Positions 34,613 through 46,600 of a DNA stretch of 64,000 nt are shown here, piece after piece (positions within the stretch are counted from its first letter, which is position 1; the number at the start of each line of letters is the position of its first letter). The position numbers and the translations under genes were made by a program. The DNA comes from Ascidiella aspersa (taxonomy: Eukaryota): the NCBI GenBank assembly GCA_963924565.1, contig OZ004607.1, positions 28,334,001 to 28,398,000 on the forward strand. Direction: 5' to 3'. The notes beneath the pieces were generated by a model. It was not told the DNA's origin. It did not search any database and saw nothing but the letters and a program-made list of their open reading frames with translations.

Positions 34613-37600
34613 ATGGCTAACGTAGAAGATATTAACTCCTACCTGGGAATTTTTGACTGCGATACGAGCATGAACGATTTCATGGACGACACAGTGGACT
34701 TATTTTCACGGCTTCCGAACGATCCAATTGCCGGAAAAACAACATCTGGGGAATACGATTTCATTGACGAATTTCTTAACATGGATGCAGACTCAAATGG
34801 AGGCATTTTTGTTGACCCAGTTATTGCTGTAGAGGTAAGACTTAAAACAAAATATTGTTGTTTAAACGGATAACACAATTATGAGCGTGGTCTACAATCC
34901 CACCACCTTTTTTACAGTAACGAAGCGAGCGGTCAAAATTGAAATTCCAAGGTAGAATAAATAAATGAGAATAAGTATAATAATAATACTTGACCCATCC
35001 GAATTCAAACTGTATTATATTTCATATCTCAACCCAAATAATGTTAGCAATATAAACCCCGGATGACTGTGTAGGATTCTTTTCATCGGCTAAATTGTTT
35101 AGTTAGCAATGCAATTTAGTTTGTTTTAGAGTTCCTTATACAAACTTCGGCGCTCTTTCACTATTGTACGTGAAAAGTTATACCGCATACCACAACGCAT
35201 ATTGTTTGGGTGAGGGTGGGTCAAGTAATATTATGTTCATTATTAATAATAACTTGACCCACCCTCAACCAAACTCTAATCCACACCCTAACCCAAACAA
35301 TATATATGTGTTGTGGTATGCTGCATTTAAAGAAAAAAAATTTTTTATTAATTTTTACGTACAATAGTGAAAGAGCGCCCAAACTTCTCAGAAGATAAAC
35401 TGGTTTAAAAATTTAAATAAGCAACAAATTTTATTATTATAATTATGACATGAGTTTTGACTATTCTTTATACATTTTTATTTTCCAGAACTTTAATCCA
35501 GCACCAAACAAGAGTCAAAAAGTACAGGCAATTAAGGCTGACCATGACTATGCCTGCAACACAGAAAATCACACTCAAGTTACTGAGAAACTTCCAGAGA
35601 CAAATATCTATGAAAGCGAATTAACTGGGCAATCACCCTGTGACCTCAGCGATAGTGGAATCTCTTCTGTTTCTGGGTAAGCATATTGCCATTTTGTAAA
35701 CCAAAGAATAAATATGACTTCAATTGTTGTTTACACTATAAACATCTGCCTTCAAAGTCCTTCGATAAACGTGTATTGAGCTTAAACTTTACGATCTGTA
35801 CATTTTTTGTTGACCAATGTATTGTGTTGTAGATAATAAGAGTGTTTTACCCTTAGGTCACCACAATCAGACAGATTTGACCTGCAATCGCCCCCTAATT
35901 TCCAAGTGCAACCGTCGGCTTTCGATACACCCAGTCCGCAGAACAACGCCTCCCAAATCCGCCAAAAAGACATGGTGTTTGATTTCTCCGATGTGGATTT
36001 CAGCAACATTCTGAGCAGTCCACTGCCAGAGCAACAGCAAGAACCACAACAGTACGACCAAAAGCAGCAAGTGGCCTTTGACATTGACAGTGTTCTCGAT
36101 GATGACACCTTATTCCAGATCAAATCCTTTGATTGCGACACACATTCCACTTCTTCTTCAGGCGAGGAGAGCATCAGAGACACTAAAAGACACAAATCTC
36201 ATTCAACTATCATTTCCGGATTGCCCAATTTTACTCCACTTATTCTCAATGGTAAGCATAACATTTTCTACAATCAAACTTCTTTTGATAGATTATATTG
36301 GAGTTTTCACTACCTTATTTCAGAACTACATTTTGATCAATTGATTGTTAATAACTGTTAAAACTGTGTTATTGCAAGCTGTTTATATAAATATGTGTTT
36401 TTATTAGATGAAGAAAAGCGCTTACTTTCGGAGGAAGGAGTTAACCTTCCAACTGATCTTCCACTTACAAAGTATGAAGAGAGAGTGCTAAAGAAAGTCC
36501 GGAGGAAAATCAGAAATAAAGTAATTTTACTAATGATGAAAAAAAATCTTATTGCTTGGCAATAAAAACTTTTTTATTGTGAAATTAACTTGTATATAAA
36601 TATATGTTTGAAAACACCTTAAAATTTTATAACAGTTTTAGGCTGGTTAAAAATTAAATTATATTTGTTTATAAAATTTATTTGTTTGTGTTTCCTCCCA
36701 ATATGAGTTTTTAAATATGCTATTACATCTTCAGTGGGTAGATAAAGCTGGTACACAACCATATGGCATTAAAAAGTATATACCTCTCAGGAAGCATTTT
36801 ATATTGCTTCCTGATTGGATAATAAACTTCCTCATCACATAGTGACTCTTCATTCTCATACTATCAAAACTAACATGTAATATTTTATTTTAGAAATCCG
36901 CGCTGGCAAGCAGACAAAAAAAGAAGACCTACATTGATGGGTTGGAAGCCAGGGTGAAGCAATGCACAAACCTTAATGAAACCCTGGCCAAAAAAGTCAA
37001 GCAACTGGAGAACCAAAACCTCACCTTGATGGAACAACTAAAGAGGGTCCACGACATGGTGAAGCACACCAGCAGTAAAACCACACAGGCCACAACTTGT
37101 GTCATGGTAAGTTGTTGTACAGCACGTAAAACCACCTCTAAAGAGAACCGTTGTTTTTAACTTGATCTCTCCTTGATAACTGAAACAGACACACTTCTAT
37201 ATGTATCTAACATGTCATTCAGACTACAAATGCTTATTTTGGACCAAATTGTAACTTTGACCCTTCTTTCAGGTCCTTCTCCTTTCCATCGGGCTGTTTG
37301 TTGCTCCCAATTACGGCCCATTCAGTATCGACTCGAAAGAGAAGAAGTTAATTACAGAGCGCACCGCCATACTGGACAACCCAGCCGACAATGTTGGTCA
37401 CGTAAATCGCAAAGTACTTGGCCACCAGGTTGCCAGCATTGGGCCAGTCGACGAGAACAACGCCGTTAACGACTTCAAGTCACTTCCCAAGCTTGGACGC
37501 ACTTTCACAACCAGAGATGACCGGACGCTAACGACCATCGACGTAAGTGTTTTTGTTGATTTTTTATAGAGTAAAATACAGTCGGTCTTATTTGCAAGAA

Positions 37601-38308
37601 TGCAATGTGCGGACTGCCTATACGTACTTACTGGTGACTTTTAAGTTGTTGATGCGAGGTTATCTCTCTTATCATTAAAACTATTCAGTCTGCCACCAGT
37701 ACCACCCCTTGAATTATTTAAAACGTTTGCGAACCTTTACATTTTAACAAAGAACACTTCGTTGTCTGCATCTCAACGCATTTCCTAAACAGCAGTTGCT
37801 TTTTACATTAGTTTTGACATTTACATTTTGAAATGCTGAAATGGAACAATTTCTGAAAATGGAACCCTTTTGTAGTCTTTGCTGTTCGTTAAATGTCTTG
37901 TCACTTGTGTTTCCCGACAATCCGTGCGGTTACCACTTTAAAGCAGATCTCTTATAACTTCGTCTAACTAACGATCTCTTCCTTGCCCAGGATTTCAGCA
38001 ACCTGCCCCCGAACGCCGTGAAACTGAACGGCGAAAAGGTCGCCAGCAACGACAGTGTCAAGTCGGTAGAGGACGGCGACCTGAGAGCTGCCCCGCCGGC
38101 CACGCAAGAAGATCTGAACAGCAGTGTCCAGCACGACCACACGTACGGCTCGCGGAAGCGCGGCTTTCCTGCGGACGTTGTTCCCCAGGACGAAAACCGC
38201 GCCCCTTCTCCGCCCACTCAAAGGAACCCGGTTATCGTTCACGTGCCGTTAAGGCCGGATGTGACGCCGCCTCCGCCTCGGAAGATGCTGCGCCAAGATG
38301 ACCTGTAA
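34613..38308 (+). CDS. CREB3: CREB3/OASIS-family ER-membrane bZIP transcription factor (Luman/CREB-H/CREB3L4-like), 7 exons, ~572 aa
   Basis: Exons 34613-34834, 35489-35676, 35857-36251, 36408-36520, 36894-37106, 37273-37542, 37991-38308. Acidic N-terminus, DHDY, DSGISS, ATB domain [42 protein letters not shown], bZIP ...[28 protein letters not shown]1P-like RKVL, C-terminal QDDL. Paralogue assignment uncertain. Confidence 0.9.
34883..35090. mobile_element. Degenerate GGCGCT-family MITE in CREB3-like intron 1
   Basis: gagcgtggtctacaatcccacca ... tgtgtaggattct ends; internal 'aacccaaataatgttagcaatataa' is the reverse complement of sequence in the 6140 element. Confidence 0.5.
35149..35379. 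mobile_element. GGCGCT-ended MITE (GGCGCTCTTTCACTATTGTACGT TIR)
   Basis: TIRs as at 25100; exact 8-bp TSD CAAACTTC (35141-35148, 35380-35387). Confidence 0.9.
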
Positions 38309-38681
38309 AGGATTTTTTTCGATGCCTTTCCAGGCGAAACTTTGCAGTTGACGTTGACTTTCTCGTTCTCTTCTCTTTTTAATCGTTGTTGAAGCATCGT
38401 CGCGCCATTGCAGTTTGCCACTTTCAGTTTCTTCTCTTCTCTGAACCTAACTCGTCTGTAGAACTGCTGCCATCGGCATTTGATTAAAAGCATGATTTTG
38501 GCAAAATGAAAAAGTTTTACAGTAATTAGGCTCGTGCTACTGACTATGTCGGTTGCAATCAGAGCCACGCTTTGCTTTTTTTCCGAATTTATATTTTTGC
38601 ACTGTACACATTTCCGTCAAACCCCTTTTTCTTTCTTATTGTGTTGCGCGAAGTTTCCTCGGATGTTGAGGAGCAATGACC

Positions 38682-38687
38682 AATAAA
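38682..38687 (+). terminator. Candidate poly(A) signal of CREB3-like gene
   Basis: AATAAA ~370 nt after the stop codon, followed by GT/T-rich sequence. Confidence 0.5.
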
Positions 38688-40025
38688 ATTTATACGAGGT
38701 GTTATTTCTTAGTTTCGACTAAACAAATGCCAATTTTACAGTCACGGGGGAATTGCTGGTGTGCGGAAAAATAAAGTTACTGCTATTATTCTTAAAGATT
38801 TGCCAAAAAATCTTGACAAATTGAATGTGTGATTAACATGTCTCAGGCGCGGACCACATATTTTTCTGGGTTGCACACCCCTGATTTAGTGTTTGCCACA
38901 GCTACAGTCCCGACAATTTTACCAAAACTTAGCTGTATAAACCGTACAACCTCGTTTGTTTACGCCAAAGGAACTCGAGTTGCCAAACAAAGTTTAAAGT
39001 CCAGGCCGGGTAGGAGAACAGCAATCAAGCAGCGTGGGCTGAAGCCTAATTCTCGCCCCTTTTAAAAATGACGGCGAGTTGGGAAAAATACTTGTATAAT
39101 CTATTACGTAATTTTGTCGTGTTGGATTGAATGTACACTTGGGCTAAACTACAACTATGTTGTTAGGGGATCTTTCTATGGATTAGTTACCGTTAATGGG
39201 CCTTTTTAAAAAAAGGGATGAAGAAAAGAATAAGTTCAAATACAAATTTTCTAAACGCTGAATGCTTTTGCCGCGCATTTTATCTTTGAGCAAATATCTT
39301 GGAAATAGCCTAGTTATTGTAAACTGCATGTTTAAATCTCTTTGCATATTCAAGGATATAAGTTTATACGAAATACGCATAAAAAATGAAACATGTAGGC
39401 CATCAATAAAGGTAGGCCTGCACAAATCGCTTTTCAAGATGCAATCAATCGCGATATAGAAATATTGACTTGAACCATTTTTTCTGCAAGATCAACTATG
39501 TAATGTGTAGTGACAACAATTTTGGTGTTGAAAATTTTGTTTTAATTTCTTAAAGCCTTTTCAAATTTGGATTTGTGGAATGGCAAGTTTCTTTTGTGTT
39601 AAACAGAATATAAGAATCCCGTAAGGCGTAAAGCACAACAATAGTAACACGATAAAAATCAAGAATAAGCTTAGGCCTACCTTTTAAACATAATGAAAGT
39701 AAAGAACAAAATAATAAATTTAAACTAGGCCTTTTTGCGACTCGCTAGCGACATTTTGTAGATATTTTTCACAAGAATTAAGACTATTGGGGGTGTCTGC
39801 CATTTTCTTCTAATTTTGAGACGCATTGTTTTAAAAACGCTTGATAACTTCCTTATACGATATTAAAAATAATTACTATCTTAACTCCATGTACTTTTAC
39901 TGGTTTTACCCTTGTTTATTGCTTACACGTTATTATTTAACAGTTCAGTTAGTACAATAGTCCATAGTCAAATCATTTTTTAATGGTAATGGAAGCCTTA
40001 TTTTTATTAGCACAACGTTATAAAC

Positions 40026-40361
40026 CAGGGGTTCTTAACCTGTTTGTATGTTTTACTCGTTTAGCAAAGATAAAAATCAGATTTACCCCAATATATAAAA
40101 TGGTGCTTATACATGACGTATCAGTAAAGTAACTAAGAGATAAAAAGTATTAATTAGCGAAGCAAAACGTTACCGACAATTAGACGATAAAGAATCAATA
40201 GGCTCTTATCTGAACTAGGAAAGTAGGCCACCAATACCTAAAGCTGACAGAATTTTTCTGTCCGGCCAACTGATGTGGTTGTTTTAATTTATAGCTCATT
40301 TAGCCCCTAAAACAAATAAATTTACGCGAAATTTAAATTTACCCCTGGTTAAAAAAGGCTG
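40026..40361. mobile_element. hAT (Charlie/Buster-like) MITE
   Basis: CAGGGGTTCTTAACC ... GGTTAAAAAAGGCTG; TSD TTATAAAC on both sides. Confidence 0.7.
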
Positions 40362-40691
40362 TTATAAACGAACAAATGCCAATTTTGGGCCCATTTAGAG
40401 TTTATTCACAGAAATACTACGAGAGCCAATGGCAAAAGATAAATCTCACGATGGATTTAACATGAATTTAGCGTTCCAAGACGAAACAAAACCTTTGTAT
40501 CAGAAAATACCAAATGTTGTTGCTATGCACATGACCTTAATCTGGCAACCCTTGCTACGGACCGGTAACGAGCTACTCGCGGACCGGCGGTTGCCGACCA
40601 CTGATCTAATAGATGCACGACTACTTATCACTTGTTCCTCAAGCGAAAAGCGTATACGAGACATATGTAAGGTCAAGCTTTGCGACGTTTT

Positions 40692-43600
40692 CTATCTTAT
40701 ACAGAAGGGGCTTTTTAAAAGGTTCGCCTCCCACTGTTTCCAAGAACTGTGCACCATCGCCGGAATGTTTTTCGCCACCTTCCCGTAATCGCCCCACATA
40801 TGCACCCACAATATCTTCGCTCGGGGCACCGGCTGTGGCTGCACGACGTCGATGTTCGTGTCGCCCCTGCCCAGCTTCGATCGCAACAGCCCGGTGATCC
40901 ATACGTCATCCATGGGAATTGGGTGCGTCACGCGCGACAGCTCAAACAGTTCGCTGAGCAGCGCAACGGGCATGGTATAAAAACCGCCGCCGCAGTACAG
41001 TGGATACTTGCTTCCCGGGTACTCGTCCGCCGACACGTAGTACTTGTTGCGCGGGTTTCGTTGCGGCTTTCCTTTTCCCCCAAACTCGTAAATGCAAAAT
41101 ATCGGCGAGCTTATGAGCGTTCGGGTGAAGTTGCGGCCGTCCGATTTGTCCAGCGATCTCATCTTGGCCTCGATGAGCGCCAGCGCTTGTTCGTAGTTCA
41201 CCACGAAGTCGTCGTCTGTCGAAGCGTAGATGACGTCAGGCGGGAGGTTGCGCGACGCCCACTGCATGGCGCTCGTGGTCTTCACCGGTATATGTCTAAA
41301 GCACGAAAGGATAGCATAGAGCAGGGGTTCTTAATCTTTTTTAATGGAGACCCCTTAAAAGTATTTTTGCTTAGCGTGGACCAGTGTATATAAGCAAGGA
41401 ATTTCAGAGATAACGTCATGAACTGATTTGACAATACAAATAGACTTCTAAATTCTGCTGTTTTCCCTCCGAAAAATGTGAAAACACACTGGAGTCTGAA
41501 TATACATTTAATGTAATTTTTTTTTGTTCCAAATTGAACACTTTTAAAAAAAACATGATTACTTTTCAAATATACACTAATATTTTAATTAGGGCTTCAT
41601 GGATCCCCTAAAACGATAGTTGGCGTACCCCCAAGGGGTCCATGTACCCCAGTTTAAGAACCCTATAAATAGAGCGTTGGCTTCATGCAGCGGATAATAA
41701 CTAATGCAGCTGCGAACTCAGTGCTCAGCAACCGGCGGGCCTCGAGACTATGCTTGAGATGTGCCGCGGTGTAACCGTGTTATCTACACGTATTTTTTTA
41801 AGAAACTGTTAATATTAAAGAACTATCACAAAAATAACCAGTGGATACGGAACCAATAGAAGACAATGCATTATTAGTGTAAAATATAGGCATTTTATAT
41901 TTATAAGCATGCTTTGTTGATTCACTGTGTAAAACTGTCGTTCCAAAATAAAGTTAAGGCAGAAAAATAAAAAAACGTTTTTGGGTTTTTTTTTTTTTAG
42001 GGAGAAGCCTGTAGTGACATTTCATTCGCCATTGTAAAAGCGGAGGCTAACGAATGCAAGTTGTACAATTTAAGCTGCTAGTAACTTTCCATAAAGTCCA
42101 TAAAAGCGCACAGTTATAATATAAACGTACAAATCATTGAGCCTCCATTGCATTAAAATGCTGCTACGAAGTTTATTTGTCATTTTAGGTAAATTTGTAC
42201 GGTGTGCCACAAAAAAATAAAATAAATCAAGTTTAGTGTACCGCAGGTAAACAAATGCTGCCGAGCAATGTACAAAGATACAAGGTATGTCGGCTGAACG
42301 TTAATACAAGGCATTTAGGTACTGAGCGAAACAGCCTTAAATATGATGTTAATTAAACACTGTGCTTGAGTGAATCAATTGCCTTTACGCACAAGTTAAT
42401 AGTCGTTATTCGTCTGTGTTATGAACTGTTGAACAACAACTTAGTGGCAAACGCATTCAAATTAGGTTTAAAATAAAACGGTATAGCCAGAAAAATATAG
42501 TTGGACATTCCTGACGATCAGTTGGATCAATACGCACTCGTTTTTAAATATCAGTTCGATCAATACGCACTCGTTTTTAAATAAGTACAGCAGCCACTAT
42601 AGAGAAAACTCGCTTTAGCATCGGGTCTGTCATTTAACGACTTACTGCAAAACAACGGAAATTGACAATTCCAGCGAATTTCTGCCGTTTGCCAGCGTAT
42701 ACCGTCGTCCAAAAATCGATTGTTAATAAGGGGCTGTAACAATACCAACTCAAAACAAGTAGCGCGATTGTTTTATTCTGATGGTTTAAAGCTGTATGTA
42801 AGTTAAAGTGACGTGTTAGATGGCGTTAAGATGATAACTGAATAGTTTAGCTCATTTAAACACTATATAACAGGGGGTCGGCAACCCCTGACAAGATGAT
42901 TATTCAGGGCACTCCAAATGATTTAACACGCATGTTATATCACCTTAAGAAAGTACAACCATTACATCATCAATAACATTATTAATACACCACTAACACT
43001 ATAGCGCTAATTAAATGGTTGCAAACATTTCCAGTTCGTGTTATAACTTATAAGTTAGTTAGGGCTACCATATTTTCAGCACCCAAAAAGAGGACATTTT
43101 TTTGCCTGCAAGTAAAACGAAAGTAGAATTGTTACGTTTAAGAAGGACGTGCCATATCCACAAGTAATGCATTCAGCTTCGAAATTAATACGTCCCTTTC
43201 TGAAACAAGGATAGCCTACTTCTGGCGTAGCTCATCAGTAAATAGAGTTTTCCTCTTCGGCATTATAATTTATAGCTTATTTTGGCTTATGGGTGTCTAA
43301 ATTTAAAGATATAATAAAGAAAAATGAAAGCATCTGCTGAAAACCACCTGTATGCTATAACCTTTTATCAGCCGCGTCCCCCTTTGGTAATTTTCATATG
43401 CCCTGCGAACAGTAAAGTTTGTCGTCGGTCGCGCGAAGCGCGAAAAAAATAGAGTTTAATTGGTTGAATTGGCGCTAAACTATTTACTCCACAGTGACGA
43501 GTGACGACACACAACACAACGACAATATTGCAAAAACATTATCGATTCGCGCAAAAAGTTTAAGTCCCCCCGTTGCGAGCCTGTTAATAAAATGTGGATC

Positions 43601-46600
43601 AAATAGTTCGAACGGTGGATGAGATTTAGCGTTTATCTAAAAGTTAGCAAAATTGTAATTAAATATGGCCGTTATACACTTAAAGAGACGTTGTACTAAA
43701 TAAGTTAACAAACGTAGAAAACAACAAGATTCGCGCGGAGCGCGAAACTTTTTGCAGTTTCAATATTAAAGTTGGCAAAAAAAGGGCTTGCACAGCGCTC
43801 TAGGAGTGGTATACAATTCAAACGAAACCATTGGAATCATTGCAAAAAATTAAAATTAACTTAAAGCTCGCGTCCCCAGTTAAGAACTGCTGTTATAGAC
43901 TAACTAGACAAGCTTCTGTAATAAATAAGAACAGAGCCTACCATACAGTAACACTGATGGTATAGGCTAGGCCTACAAAACTCATACAGTACGGTAAATT
44001 TTCTTTATTCTTTTTAGGTGTGAGGTTCTGTTGCCTTTTTTCTGGCGCAATGTATGCAATGACAATTAAGAAGATAGGGCTGGTAGGGCAATTTGCTGGA
44101 AAACCTGTTTTAAACCAGCAATTCAGCATGTTTCATGGCTACAGTATACGTTAAATTAAATACAACGTCTCGCCTAAAAGTCTTGTTAAAAGTATAAGTA
44201 AGTAACTCGAAATGCGAAAAAAATAGGACATTTGGACCTTTTTGGGCATCCTCGGAGGACCATTCAGTTTTCTTGTAAAAAGAAGACAAATTCTCCGAAA
44301 AGATGACATATGGTATGCCTAAAGTTAGTGTCTTAACTGTTGAATTTAACATTATTTTTTGTGGGCGTCAAACTTGCTGTTTAAGACTAACCGTTGGTAT
44401 TACGTCACAATGCCCTAAAATTGGCGTGGTGTTTACTGCGTGAAAGCAGGGCATTCTACACTAAAAGTAAGCACATGTGTTTCTGTAAATTGTTAAGGTG
44501 GAATAGCATATTTCCCATGACCTCTATGAGTGGATTGCTGAATATCCATCTTATTTTAGTTACGTAAATTGGTTGCAGGCTGTAGAGTCTCAGCCGGACT
44601 CGGGACTCCATGAAATTGCACATGGAGCCGGAGTCGGTCTCGGGTTGTTTTTAACAGACTCCGCAGCCCTGGTTGCCAGTGCAAAACCAAACATAGAAAA
44701 ATTTTTGGCACGCGATTTGTTGATGTTTTGAAATTATTCATAAACTGGCACACTATATACGAAAGGTTGCTGATATAAAGGCTTATCATTAATGTACTCA
44801 ATTTTGTTCATTGTTTTCAGGTCGTTCTCACAGCCTTTACAAGGTTTTTAGTCTTACCGGAAGTATATTACGCATATTTCTCAGTGTTTACCGCTATTGC
44901 ACCAGCTTAGGTTGTGGGGATTTTACGGTTTGTCCATTTTTATTCTTTTATTTTTAATATTTATTCAAATTTAAATTGAACCACATATACGAGATAATCC
45001 TGCGCAAACGAATGATCTTGCTGATGGGAGAAGTATCATTTCAAGAACAACGAAAACCATAGATATAATCGAACCAGCATCACGATAAACTGATACAAGG
45101 GCAGGCGATGGACCAACTTCATTGAAGAAAATTCCTGAACACAAACAAAATACCGGGCCAAGGACCCCCCGAAAAACTGTAGTGCGGTATTCACCAGTAG
45201 TTCCCAAACTTTTTTGGCTCGCGGCACACTTAAAATATCCTTAATATTTCGCGGCACACTTTTAACAGAACAACCATAGAGCCATTTTACAATCGCCCTT
45301 AACACACGACAAACTATATTTAAATGTCTCAATATGAATAATTTGTAATGGGCCACACACAGTTTGGTAATCACTGGTATAGAAGTTCACCTGTAGTCGT
45401 CGGGCCCGTCGAACTGCAAAATGTCGCCGTATTTTGTGCTCTCCTCTGCAACCTTGCTCATTTGCTCCTGGTCGTCGGTCACACCCAACACGAAGATTTT
45501 TTCCATCCGGACTCCGTCGATGATAAGGTACTTGCCCCACGTGGTCCGGATCGTTTTCCTCCGATCACTGTAGGACGCCTTGGATTTTACGAAGATCACC
45601 AAACTCCAGCGAGTCTCTGTGCGTGGTAGAAGTGTAGGCCGTAAAAGCTAATTCAAACTGTTAGACCTGTGGTCGGCAATTTTTTTTACGCGGTCGATTT
45701 TTTATTATTTTAGTTTTACCGTGATAGCCGCACAGCACATTGATAGTAATTCGTTTCAAAAACGGTGAAAGCGTCTAAAAGTTTAATTCAGGCTCGTTTT
45801 TTATCATATGTCTACCAGAAACCCTTAGGTTCTCCTTTTAGCCAAGTTTAACACTGTAAAAACAAAACTTAATGTTTTTTCACGCTTTGCGCAAACTATT
45901 GTCAATTTTTTAATAAAATCTACTTAGCCCCACATCACTATACTTACAATGACAATGACATGATGCGTCGTGTGACTTATAAACGCTACAAAGTCCAATT
46001 TATTTTAAACTAGACTAAATGCCGGTATTTGGAGCAGCAGTCGAATGGCTTTTATGTGCACGCGTTACGCATCCTTTCAATTGGCGTTTTGCTGATTTAA
46101 AAAAATAAACGGTTTGTTTTTGGCGTTATCGCTCGATTAGACTGGATTTCAGCTACATTTTTGCACAAGTTCGCTCGAGAACAACAGGTTTTTTAGAAAT
46201 ATTTGTTTTATGATGTTAGTGACGTATTTCTAAACATTTCCTAGCTCCCCCTAACGCAAAATATTGGATCAGCCCCTGTTGGACGTAGAGGGGTTAAATC
46301 GCTCTTAAAAGATTATTTCGGGCAGCGACAAATAAAGTTGGCCGACCACAAGTGTTAGACCAGTGGTTTTCAAAATATTTTTTTAAGATTCCTTCCTATA
46401 CAAGTGCAAACCACTGCCAATTCCTCCCCAGAAAAAACACAATGTGTTCTTCCTTTTTTATTTATTTCTTCGATTTACGTCGGAACAGAAAAACAAACCT
46501 ATATGAAAGGAGACAACAAAATGTAAAACTGCACTAGACACATCTGCGCCAAAAAACAGATTTGTTCCATAATTGGAATGCGCTACTGCGCTAGTCTGAA

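Noticed and set aside
40749-41393. 214-aa plus-strand ORF
   Set aside because: Antisense shadow of the GC-rich GT31 catalytic exon.
43195-43240. Hammerhead ribozyme core (CTGATGAG on the minus strand)
   Set aside because: No GAAA correctly placed after a stem II and no closing stems found.
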